DNA of 64,000 nucleotides, taken from assembly GCA_951406725.2 (NCBI GenBank), contig OX597824.1, forward strand, positions 45,880,001-45,944,000. The letters are read 5' to 3'. The first letter of the stretch is position 1. Every line of letters starts with the position of its first letter. Below, one piece after another: positions 13,057 through 24,930 of this stretch. The DNA comes from Octopus vulgaris (lineage: Eukaryota). A program made the translations under genes and the position numbers. The notes below the pieces were generated by a model. That model searched no databases, was not told the DNA's origin, and was given only the letters and a program-made list of their open reading frames with translations.

Positions 13057-14143
13057 CCCTTTCGTTACCAAACCGCCCAAAGCCACCCGAAAAAAATTTT
13101 GGTTAATGTGACCAAACTGCCCAAAGCCGCCCGAATTTACCTATTCATATTTAAATGAGAATATCAGAGCAAATCTCTTTAGTACATTCGTGAAAACACG
13201 TGATTATGCTTTGTAAACAGTTCATCTACAGTTTTGTACAACGATCGACGTGTAATTTTAATTCCCTGAATTTTGGGAGATTTTTTTCCACATTTTTTTC
13301 GGCATCGATTTTTCTTCAACTTTGAAAATGGATAGGAGTTTCATGTTATCAAGCATTGATTCCAAATTGGAAAATTTGTGAAGCAAATACTGGGTACTGT
13401 TGTGGATTTAGTTTTTATACAGGGAAACTAATGTTAGTCAGCATGGCTTAGGGTATGATGTGGTCTGGAAGTTATTGTTTGAAGCGATCAATGTGGAAAC
13501 AAACTTACGCAGAATGTAAACTAACACAAAATGGGGGTTCAAATTTCGGAAAATTTGTGAAGCAAATACTGGGTACTGCATGGATTTAGTTTTTATACAG
13601 GGAAAATAATGTTAGTCAGCATGGCCTAGGGAACGATGTGGTCTGGAATTTATCACTTCCATACCATAACCAGGGCCGTATATTATTTTTTGACCGATTT
13701 CTTTAGTTCGGTCAAACTTACAGTGGATTCCAGTATTTCACTTTATTCCACCTTTATGGTACACCTGTTGTGCATTAAATTCAACTGATGATATAGTGAT
13801 GTGCACAATTCTTCTTCATCAAAATTTTGTTTCATACCCATTTGAATATTAGCTGATGATTTATTTTCTATGGTGATGTTGTCAATTTAAAATTTTAATA
13901 TTTTTACCTTTTGCTCAATTTACCTGGATTTACCTGTAATTAAAGTCACTTTGAGACAAAAGTTATGCAATAGAATTGATTAAGAACCCTTTCTTTAATT
14001 ATGTTCCAAATATCACATTAATATGTTGATAAGTAAAAAAGTTACAGTTACTTAATGAAACAAGCCTAGATTCATGATTATTTTAGAATTTAATTGAAAC
14101 TCATGAGGGGTGTATTTTGGTCAGAAATATAGTAATGAAAGGG
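13057..14143 (+). mobile_element. Non-autonomous piggyBac element
   Basis: TTAA at 13053-13056 and 14144-14147; TIR ccctttcgttac / gtaatgaaaggg; internal duplicated remnant reading like YTGK..VSQHGLGYDVVW, plus GRILFFDRF. Confidence 0.88.
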
Positions 14144-15345
14144 TTAACACATTCCATGTCAAGGCTACAAATGTACAAAATAAGCATTATTATTCACATT
14201 CACTGTAAAAGTTCCTGAAGAACAATATTTCCTGTATAGACATGAGGGGACACCAACACACTTTGGCCTTCTGTATTTTCCATCTGTAATTTCAAATTTT
14301 TTCTGTTTTTTTTTTTTTTGTTCTGCTTAAATCAAGAAATACATGCATGCTGTAAAATAAGTAAATAGGCTAAAGTTGAATATGGAAGATAATAGTGGAA
14401 TGTTGTGGAATTAATGAAGTAGAATAAGTGTATATACAATTACATATAGATATATTTTGCCATGATAGATCGTTCCCAACTACACATTCTTTATTTTCTC
14501 TCCTTGTTTCTTTCTGTGTTCCTTTCTATGGAAGAGTGTTGGCTCGAAACGTTAAAGACTTTTTCATTTCCCGAGTGTTATACTAATACATCTGTTTGTT
14601 GTCTACACCACCTGTCTGTTTGTTTTGTGGGGTTTTTTTGTGAATTCTCTACATATAGATATATATTGATGATACATAGCATATTGTAAATATTGATTAG
14701 ATTTACCAATAATAAAAAAGACAAAAATAATTTGATCATCAAAATATATGAACATAAAGCCTTACGGTGGATTCCAGTATTTCACTTTATTCCACCTTTA
14801 TGGTACACCTGTTGTGCATTAAATTCAACTGATGATATAGTGATGTGCACAATTCTTCTTTATCAAAATTATGTTTCATGACATAGAAAGCAGCAGTAGG
14901 AACTTTCAAATACAAAAATAAACAGAACTGCTTTAAACTGTGTCAAAAAATGTAGAGCTCATGTCAAATGATTTAAAAAGTAAACCATATAAAAAGATAA
15001 TTGTGCAGTGTCAAGACAAGGAGGCACAAACACATATGCAAGACCCCCCCCCCCCACACTCACACACAATCACAGAAGGAAGAGTTGATCTCAGCTGGAT
15101 TTGAACTCGGAATGCAGAGAGCTGGAATGAATACCATAGAGCTTTCTCTTTGATGCTCTCATGACTCTGCCAATTCACTGTCTTGTCATCATGATGTGAC
15201 CCTTGGGAAAGAACACCTCTTCTTGCCATAATCTGTTCTAATTTCTTTTTCTGTTGTCATACTATATTCTTTATTGAACCCTTTACCATTTAGATTACTC
15301 TGTCAAATGTAATGCTTATTCATTCATATTGTTTTGTATTAATCA

Positions 15346-16216
15346 CTAGCAGTATCGCTCGGCGTTGCTCGGGTTTGTTTCGACCCGCTGGAATTGGAAT
15401 TTTTGAAAAGTAAAAATTTTGCATTATGTAGCTTGTTATTCTCTTCAAGTGAACATTTTTATGGTTGAAATACACCGAAAAGTGGCGACACAGCACTGAA
15501 AACATCGTAAAAATTAGGGATTTTCATAGAAAAAAGCACGTTTTTGATGTAAATAATTTTTGGTGTTAACATGGTCCGATTTGAATTTTATCTTCTACGG
15601 AAGGAAGAGCAACCCTTCTTCTATCATACTCTCAATTTTGGTCAACTTGCGCCGCAAGGTCTCAGAGGAGATAGTATTGAAGGCTACCAAACCTGCTGCA
15701 CACAGACAACTTCAGCTTTATATATAGAGAGATAACACACACACACGCACGCACACACCTTCTTAGCTTACAATTTCTTTCTTTCAACAATTGACAACTG
15801 AAGTACGCTCGCCAATGAATACTATCAAAAGTTAGCGACAGATCTCTGTTTCCTTTTTCTTGAGGATTGGTTTAAGCATTAATAAGAGAAAGTAGCAGAA
15901 TGTGTGATGTTGAATATGAGTTGCAGAAAGAGGATATGATAGTGGTATACACTTGCAAAGAGAAAGTAGGAGAAAGTGTGGTAATAGCAGGAGTAAAGCA
16001 TTTGAAATGAGAGAGGCAAATCGTAAAATATTGAGTTTCCTCGAATTTTTGCTTAATTGGGGGTGAAATTGAAAAAAATGTATATGCCATGACCCAATGG
16101 AATCTACTTTGAAAAATCATAGGTAAATTCCAATTGAAGAAATTCTATATTGTACAATTGTATTAAAAACAAACGTAGTCAGAGGCAGAGAAAATCTGCC
16201 TTTTATCATAAGAAGA
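15346..16216 (-). mobile_element. Composite non-autonomous Helitron inserted into a MITE
   Basis: On the minus strand it ends with a cccgagcaacgccgag hairpin-like motif plus CTAG and starts with TC. It splits host aatca^tgcattatctc (uninterrupted paralog at 45603) between A and T with no TSD. Confidence 0.8.
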
Positions 16217-16616
16217 TGCATTATCTCATAGTTTTGAACTTTCAATGATGCGATTGTTTATTTTTAGAATGTCAGTGTAGGATAGTTGTGAGGGTCTAGA
16301 TATAGCCAATATGAATGTAAAACAGGTAGAATTTGGGCTGGACGTGGCTGGTTTAAATGTTGAAGGTGAAAGAGAAGCTGCATTGTTATTTATTCACTTC
16401 TTGAGCTTGCTCTTACTATCCTTCACTCTCTCCATACATTCTTGTTTCCACTATTCTTTTGACCCTTATGCCACCCTGATACCTTGTCGCCATCATCTTC
16501 ATCCCTCTTTCTAGTTCAACACTAATTACTCCTACCTACACTTGTATAATGTGAGCATTTATGTATCTCCTCTACAGTTAGAAACCTCTTCTGGCCCCTT
16601 CCTTCATATTCTAATC

Positions 16617-16863
16617 CAGTGATTCTCAACCATTTTTGACCTATGGACCCCCCTTTGATTACCATTTTACTCTGGTAGACCCTCATAGCTATTTCACTTA
16701 TAAAAACTAGTTTTGTAGATACGTCTTTCAAAATTCCTGTTTTGATTTTCATTCATTAACTTGTGTAGTTTGAACCAAAATACTACTGTGGGTCCCCAAT
16801 TTACTATTTTGCTTGCGTCTCCCCCCATCCCCATTTTATATGGACTCCAGTTGAAAACCACTA
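16617..16863. mobile_element. hAT-type MITE
   Basis: Ends cagtgattctcaac / gttgaaaaccacta; degenerate 8-bp TSD ttctaatc / ttttaacc. Confidence 0.65.
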
Positions 16864-17745
16864 TTTTAACCTTTCATTACCTTGCATAAATCTGCCCCTC
16901 TCTCTATTGCAGTCCCACTCAGTGGATAAGGATCTTAGTCTTGTGAGCTATATTGTGACCTCACTAGTGATGGCGTCACAAAAAAAGCAACTAGTCTGCT
17001 CTGTAAAATGACTAGCAATAAGAAGAGCATCAGTTGCAGAAACCATACCAAAGTAGAGATTGGAACTCAATGCAGTTTTCTGATTTGCTGGATCTTATCA
17101 AATCATACAACTCACATCAACATGAGAGATTAAAAGATGATGCTGCTGCTTCAAATTGTATTAAAACATCCACCTTAGCTTTCTACTGTTACTGAAAAAT
17201 CTATCATCTTGCAGAAAATATACAAATTCAGTCATTCCACTTAAATGTAGCAACTGGATCTGTTGAATATATAGCTGATAATTCCTTGGTACTGGAAGTT
17301 TTGGGTTATGATTTTTTCTGAGTTCAGCATTATTGTATGTTTGCATCTATAAAATGTGGTGGCTTGGATATGAGATGCATGTCTAAACACTACCCATTTA
17401 CATTTCATATATTTATGGGTATTTGTCCAGTTTAGTGTTACATAAGATTCACTTTTGGGAACTTTTCACTTATCACCAAAGCAAATCTATCTATTACATT
17501 TTCACATTAGTTTGTCATCCTCATAAAAATGACTTTTCACAGTCAATTTTATACTTTCATTTCACACTCATCTACAATGAACACTTTTTTCAAAACCTCT
17601 CTGAACACTTCTCACTTGTGGTGCTGCTTTACTCAAACAAGTTTTGAATTCTGAAAGTTTTGAATTTTGTAACTTTGGGTAAAAGATAACACTGAGTAAC
17701 ATGATTTTTGTCCTTGGGCAACAACTGTTATTTCTTATTTGCTTT

Positions 17746-18160
17746 CCCCTAGAAAGTATGAAAAATGGCTAATATTTCCTTCAAACTTTGCTTTTGTATG
17801 AGATTTATTCAGAATCCCTCTCAATACATAGCTATGATGCTCCCCAACTACTACTGCTCATGATCAGAGATGCACATATTGTCAGCCACTAAGAGACATG
17901 ATCAAGTGGTTAAGATCAAACAACTGATAAGCAAATCTGTGGTATTGAGCAGAATATTTGCTATAATGATATTTCTGCTTCAGCAACTCAGCACTGAACC
18001 TGTTTGAAATGTAATGGAAAATAAGTCAGTTTCAAAACATTGATGTCCAGGTGCCAAAAGCCAAGCTTGAAGGGAATAATAGTGATTTCCTTTGATTTCT
18101 TGATAGAAGCAAATAGGAAATAACACTTACTGACCAAAGACAAAAATAAAAAAAAATTTT
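17746..18160 (+). repeat. Dispersed repeat of about 410 bp, second copy at about 53474-53878
   Basis: Colinear similarity from ccctagaaagt.tgaaaaatggctaatatttcc to gatagaagcaaataggaaataa...actgaccaaag plus an A-run. Confidence 0.85.
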
Positions 18161-18340
18161 GTTACACATTGTATTCAATGATAGTGTTGATAATTATTAT
18201 GAACCAGAGTCAATCTTGATTGATTACATCTTTTGCCCAAAGTTAGGGCCTTGTGTCTATGTTAAAATTCAATAATTATGATTTTGATGGTGATGATGTC
18301 ACATTAAAACATTTCGTTTTTATATTTCAGCAGAAAGAAA

Positions 18341-18851
18341 ATGTCATGGCTTTCTGACTTAACAGGGAAAGCAGAAGATTTCTTGAATCGAATTGATCAA
18401 TCTGCAGCTGAAGCGTTGACCAAAGATGAAGTTGCTAGGGCAAATAAACCAATTGCAAACAGCTATTATGCAAATTCTGAAAGTGGTCACTCTGGGAACA
18501 CATGGGAGGCACCAAAAGTACCTTCTTTGTGGTCTTCACATAGTGTTCCTTCCAATTTGAATGACATGAACAATTCAAACACAGATCTAAACAGTTCAAT
18601 GGTGAGCACTCCATTGAAACAGAGTAAGAAGTTTTCAAATGCTGTATCGTCAAGCCCAACGAGAAACAGCAAAAAGAAAGACTCTGATGATGCTTTGTTT
18701 GAGTTTCTCAATGAGACAAAGAAGATATCTTCAGGATCCAGCAACAAGCATTCACGACAATCCAGCATGTCATCCACAATTTCCAACCTTGTTCCATCAC
18801 TGGAACCGAACGATGAGTTAAGTACATCAAATGGCTTTCACAATGAAAATG
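18341..18851 (+). CDS. GOLGA5: Golgin-84 (golgin subfamily A member 5), coding exon 1 of 14
   Basis: Starts MSWLSDLTGKAEDFLNRIDQSAAEAL, matching the conserved golgin-84 N-terminal motif. Acceptor tttcag at 18330 just upstream of the ATG; donor G|gtaggt after 18851 (phase 1). Confidence 0.95.
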
Positions 18852-19070
18852 GTAGGTTGTATTTATATTAATAGTTTTGGAAAATAATTTTTTTAAACGT
18901 ATGGGAAAATATGTACAAATAGCTAATTATAGCACCAAAATATGAAATGCTTTACCTATAAACTTTTTCAACAGCTGTTAATGAGTATTCAATCCATTTT
19001 TGGTGCTGACTGTAAGCATAATTTTCTAAACTGGAAAAAATTTTAGCATGTAATACGTACCAATACACAC

Positions 19071-19320
19071 TCGTGGCTTAGTGGTTAGAGTGTTAACTCA
19101 AAATCGTAAGATTGTGGTTTAAATTCCTGGACCGGGCAATGCATTGTGTTCTTGAGCAAACCACTTCATTTCACATTGCCCCAGTCTACTCGGCTGGCAA
19201 AATTGAGTAATCCTGTGACAGACTGGCGTCCCATCTCGGCGGGAAATTTACATGCCCTGAAACCGAGAAACTGACCCTTATGAGTCAGCATGACTTGAGA
19301 AGGTAACCATTACCTTTGCT
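19071..19320 (+). mobile_element. tRNA-derived SINE family D (V-SINE-like tail); second copy at about 12161-12410
   Basis: Head gtggcttagtggttag...; gttcttgagcaa...; tail aatcctgtgacagactggcgtcccatc. The two copies align by eye. Confidence 0.7.
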
Positions 19321-19563
19321 TTACACACAGACGTTTGTGTTTATCAATAGCCAGTAACTATATAACTATACCAACAAATCTCTGCTGTTATGGATCAAAA
19401 GGGTGGTAATCTAAACTGGGATTCAGCAAATCCATTTGATACTAATTAAAGAGCCATGGTTTGGATCTATAAACTAAAATATGAATGCACCAAACTCATT
19501 TACACATTTGCGTGTGTGGGTTTGTGTGTGCATTTATATATATATATATAGTGTGTGTATATA

Positions 19564-19652
<89 letters not shown>

Positions 19653-19671
19653 TATTGTGTGTGTGTGTATG

Positions 19672-19704
<33 letters not shown>

Positions 19705-20327
19705 CTGTATGTATATTACAACAATAAAATTAAAGAGATACAATTGACAATCCAATAATTTATTTATATTATAATTATTATAATATAACATAATATACTA
19801 TGAATATAAGATAACATAAATAATTATTAAAACATCAAAATGCCAACAGTTTTGTTTTTACTTACATACATTTTTTTTATATATAAACAATTCCCTTATA
19901 AATAAGTCTCTTCAAAGACAGAGTTTAAAAATATATATGGTGCAAGAGTAGCTGTATAGTAAGAAGCTTGCTTCCCAACCATATGGTTCCGGGTTCAGTC
20001 CCACTGCATGGCACCTTGGGCAAGTGTCTTCTACTAAGGCCTCAGACTGACCAAAGCCTTGTGAATGGATTTGGTAGATGGAAACTGAAAGAAGCCTGTC
20101 ATATATATGTGTGTGTGTCCGTTTGACACCCCCCATCACTTGACAACTGATATTGGTGTGTTTACGTCCCTATAATTATAAAGTTTGGCAAAAAAAAATT
20201 GATAGAATAAGTACTAGGCTTAAAAAAGACTGAAAGTATAAGTCCTGGGGCCGATTTGTTCGACTAAAGGCCATACTCCAGCATGGCCACAGTCATATGA
20301 CTGAAACAAGTAAAAAAGTAAAAATGA

Positions 20328-20377
<50 letters not shown>

Positions 20378-20668
20378 TTAATTAAATATATTCAATGAGA
20401 ATATTATATACTGATTTTATATTAAGTGCTCAATTGTATCAAAGTATTAATACTATTAAAGTATTTATATATTTAGTATGAGTGATTACATACATATTTA
20501 TATTTTTAAATAATATATTATTATTAAGATTAGGAAATTAATATCAAAACTTCTCTGAAAGATATACACGTGTGAAAAATAATTGTTGTATTAAAAATAT
20601 ATAAATAACTAAATATAAATATGTAATGTATATGACAGTTTAAAAGTTTTGAATTAATTATTTAAAGC

Positions 20669-20760
20669 ATCTTACGATCGTTTCACAGAGGAGTTGTCCC
20701 TATAATAATAAAATCTATATTGATAAGCATTTATAGACAATGCTTCTGCTCTTCAGAGAT
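20669..20760 (-). ncRNA. Minimal type I hammerhead ribozyme motif, second family
   Basis: Minus strand: aucu-CUGAAGA-gcagaagcauuguc...gacaacuccucugu-GAAA-CGAUCG-UA-agau; stem III ACGAUCGU. Confidence 0.78.
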
Positions 20761-21217
20761 ATAAAATTTGAATTCTATATAACATATTGAATGATTGTTT
20801 TTTTTTTAAATTTGAAGTAAAACTATAAAATGGTGTTTGTTTAAAAGATAAATTAAAAATTACTACTTTTGATGAATCTTTAAATCCATATATACTTCCT
20901 TGGTTATTCTTCTGCAATAATCCATAATATTCATATGTAAAATCCGTTATATTATACTGTATTCCAAATATAGTTCATATAGTTAGTTTAGAAATGTGAA
21001 ATTTGTATATACTTTTGGTATGAGACTCTTGAAATTCATGTCTTCTTGGTAATTCCCTGGTAGCAATCCATAATACTTCTGTATAAAATTCATTATATTA
21101 TCCGGTAATCCAAATATAGTTCATAATACAAAATCAAATTATATTTTAAATATATATATATATATATTTAGAGAGAAAGAGATAGAGTATCTTTATATAC
21201 TTATCTCTCTCTCTCTC

Positions 21218-21265
<48 letters not shown>

Positions 21266-22378
21266 AAATATAATTTAGTAGTCTTACTCACTAGTGCATT
21301 ACCTCCCTTTAACCACTTACACAAACCCGAACTTATATTATAAACACACAAAATACTTAACATATTCTACGTTACCCTACTCCAAACCCACATAATAAAC
21401 CAATAATTATATACCTACTCTACATCCTATGCTAGCCTATGTATGCATATAATTCTTTTTAACCGAGAACCACCTAAGATACTTACAAGCAAACTTTCCC
21501 TTCCCACCCTCTTTTTCTATATGCACTCTTCATAACAAAATAGTATTACAGCAATGAGTCTCTCTACACGTTAGATTGGACCAATGCTTGTTCCATATTT
21601 TACACCAATATATGGCTTCCTGTAATAATACGAACCACCTACAACCTTTATTTCAATAGACGCCTCGATTATTATAATAGCACCGGTTTTCCCTAATTAG
21701 AGTTAGCTCCCTTACATTGCACCGCCAGTGAACCCCCCAGAAGTTAAAGGCATATGCAAGTCACTGAATATACACGAGACTACAGGTCCAACTCACCTAT
21801 ATTCTTCATCCACCTCATAACGGACTTAATGAACTGTGAACCCCAATATAATGTAAGACACTCAAATCTTTGATCTTCTCTTTCCCGATATATAACCATT
21901 GATCTTTCACTCTTCTTCTCTCTACCTCTGACTTCTTCGTTCTGACGATGTCTACCATTAGCAACAAGACAAAAATATATATATTTTCATCACCATGGTA
22001 AACAGAAACGATTTTAAACAACTTCACTCCCACTTTCACCTTTATTTACTAATTAAATAATGCCTTACTAATGCAAAAGACACACTTCTGTTTGTTATTT
22101 GTCCTCCATTTTCTTCTCGCCTATATAAATTAAACTACGGTTACTCGCTAAATTACCTGCTGCCGTATACCTTTTGCCAAGGAATATACCCACTGAGATA
22201 ATTACCAGAAGTGCCTTTGGATATATCTATCCCTTAGAGGCTAAGAAGAGTGGTCCCGGTACGCGTACTTGTGCATCCGCGCTAGCTAGTCGTGAGTAGT
22301 CGATCCTACAACGACTACCTAGCAAAGTAAATAAAATACAAAATAAATATTTTTTTTACACAAACTAAATAATTTTTT

Positions 22379-23531
22379 GGCACTGTCATGCTTTTTTAGC
22401 TGTCAGAAGTGAAAGTCGTCAACTTCTTGTATTTACGTCAGGTTTATACCTTCGTTAATTTACGCCGTTTATTTACGTACCACCACGCTGTTAGGTTTAT
22501 AAAACAATCGAAGTTCAGTTTAAAGTTTATAAATAAATACATTTCATTCCATGTTCTGTTTAAACTTTATAAATAAATATATTCTTGCAGTGTGTGTATA
22601 TGTGGCATGTGTATATATATATATACATACATACATACATATGTATATATACATGTGTATACATATGTATATATACATGTGTATACATATATATATACAT
22701 GTGTAATGTATACACATGTATATATACACACACATATATATATATATGTATACACATGTATATATACATATGTATATATATATATATACATGTATAGACA
22801 CATCTTTAATTAAACTATTCCGCCTTAAAACGGATTTCAACAGACAAATATTACTATAATGGATAATATAAGCATATAACTACTTATACACTCATACAAT
22901 AAATACAGACACACACACATTAAGTCAGACATATAGCCACATATACACACACTGCAAGAATATATTTATTTATAAAGTTTAAACAAAAACATGGAATGAA
23001 ATGTATTTATTTATAAACTTTAAACTGAACTTGACAATCTTTCGTCTCTAGTAACCTTTCCGTCCATTTCCGTAAAATTTTTTTTTTTTTACATATGGGC
23101 TTGCGGGAACTTTTGAAGTAATGAGAGCGAAAGAGACTAAGAGAAAGCGATTGTATGACGAGGGAAGTTCTTTTGAAGTTACCGTGCATGGGAAGCATTG
23201 ATGTACATGTGTGTGTTTGATGGGGTGTGGGAGACAGACAGTATGTTGTGTAAGTGAAGTGCTTCTGTTAGTGTGTGTGAAAGAAAGAGATAACTGAAAT
23301 TTTTTACTCGGTGTATATGTATGTATATTACTTCAAAAGTTCCCGCAAGCCCATATGTAAAAAAAAAAAATTTTTTTACGGAAATCGACTGAAAGGTCTA
23401 CTAGAGACGAAAGATCGCCCCAGCGTGGTGGTACGTAAATAAACGGCGTAAATTAACGAAGGTATAAACCTGACGTAAATACACGAAGTTGACGACTTTC
23501 ACTTCTGACAGCTAAAAAGCATGACAGTGCC
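22379..23531. mobile_element. Non-autonomous TIR element with 8-bp TSD (Merlin-like) and two internal hairpins
   Basis: About 112-bp near-perfect TIRs (22379-22490 / 23421-23531) starting GGCACTGTCATGC; TSD AATTTTTT at 22371-22378 and 23532-23539. Confidence 0.85.
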
Positions 23532-23570
23532 AATTTTTTTAAAACAAAGTAAATAAAACACAAAAACACG

Positions 23571-24319
23571 GGATGTTTTCCTTTTGAACGGTACACAATT
23601 TCTAGTTAACTAAACACTTTAAAACTTCGTATACTGGTAGAATGTGTCAAACTAAAACATTTTTTTCTTTTGGCTTTCTTGATAAAATTGTAATTTGTTT
23701 GTTTAACGTAGTTTAATTTTTCGAATTTTAACCAATGAATCGCCTCTAATTGAGCTAAAATAATTTACTGCGTCTAAAACTGAGACAACATCCTGTCACT
23801 AACCCTAAACCTCACCCTAACCCTAAATTTTTTTTCTTAATTGTTAAATTAATTTAATTGTTACGCGTGTAAAAAAACGAAAGCAATGGAAAATAATTTA
23901 AACAATTAACAAACAAAATAATTCTATAATTTTATACACACGCTTTCCGTATATGTTCGGAAAGCGTGTGTATTTTGTTTGTTAATTGTTTAAATTATTT
24001 TGTTTGTTAATTGTTTAAATTATTTTCCATTGCTTTCGTTTTTTTTACACGCGTAACAATTAAGAAAAAAAAAATTTAGGGTTAGGGTTAGTGACAGGAT
24101 GTTGTCTCAGTTTTAGACGCAGCAAATGATTTTAGCTCAATTAGAGGCGATTCATTGGTTAAAATTCGAAAAATTAAACTACGTTAAACAAACGAATTAC
24201 AATTTTATCAAGAAAGCCAAGAGAAAAAAATGTTTTATTTTGACACATTCTACCAGTATACGAAGTTTTTAAGTGTTTAGTTAACTAGAAATTGTGTGCC
24301 GTTCAAAAGGAAAAGATCC
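23571..24319. mobile_element. Fully palindromic foldback MITE with 8-bp TSD and TTAGGG-like repeats (Merlin-like)
   Basis: Ends GGATGTTTTCCTTTTGAACGG / CCGTTCAAAAGGAAAAGATCC; TSD aaaacacg / aaaacatg; arms meet near 23953; taaccctaa / ttagggttagggttag in the arms. Confidence 0.88.
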
Positions 24320-24475
24320 AAAACATGAAGTAAATAATTTTTTTAAACAAAGTAAATAAAACACAAAGTAAGGATCAACTAGTCACGACTAGCTAGCATG
24401 GATGTGCGCACCGGGACCACTCTTCTGAAGTAGTACCTATATATTATATGTATATATATAATTATATATGTATAA

Positions 24476-24855
24476 GACCTTGCTTGCGAGGATCTGTTGA
24501 GGCAAGTGAAATCGATCAAAAATTCAATGGAAATTGTAGTTGTGATACCAGTGCCACGTAAAAAGATCCATCCGAACGTGGCCGATGCCAGCGCCGCCTC
24601 GACTGGCCTCCGTGCCGGTGGCATGTAAAAGGCACCAACCGATCATGGCCGTTGCAGCCTCGCCTGGCACCTGTGCCGGTGGCATGTAAAAAGCATCCAC
24701 TACACTCATGGAGGGGTTGGCGTTAGGGAGGGCATCCAGCTGTAGAAACACTGCCAGATCAGACTGGAGCCTGGTGCAGCCTCCTGGCTTCCCAGACCCC
24801 GGTCAAACCGTCCAACCCATGCTAGCATGGAAAACGGACGTTAAACGATGATGAT
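24476..24855 (+). mobile_element. (GAT)n-tailed SINE or non-autonomous retroelement family C, representative copy
   Basis: ggcgttaggRagggcatccagctgtagaaac...aacccatgctagcatggaaaacggacgttaaacgatgatgat. Related copies at about 5485-5672, 7574-7775, 34745-34870(-), 49540-49750, 61495-61623. Confidence 0.85.
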
Positions 24856-24930
24856 ATGTATTATATATGTATGTGTTATATATATAGATATATATTTATA
24901 TATATGTATATATTATATATATCTCATATA

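Noticed and set aside
18435-18821. Overlapping antisense and alternative-frame ORFs on coding exon 1
   Set aside because: Shadow ORFs of the real exon; short, with no independent signals.
23798-24092. Telomeric repeats as a sign of a chromosome end
   Set aside because: Only a few units, mirrored inside a MITE.
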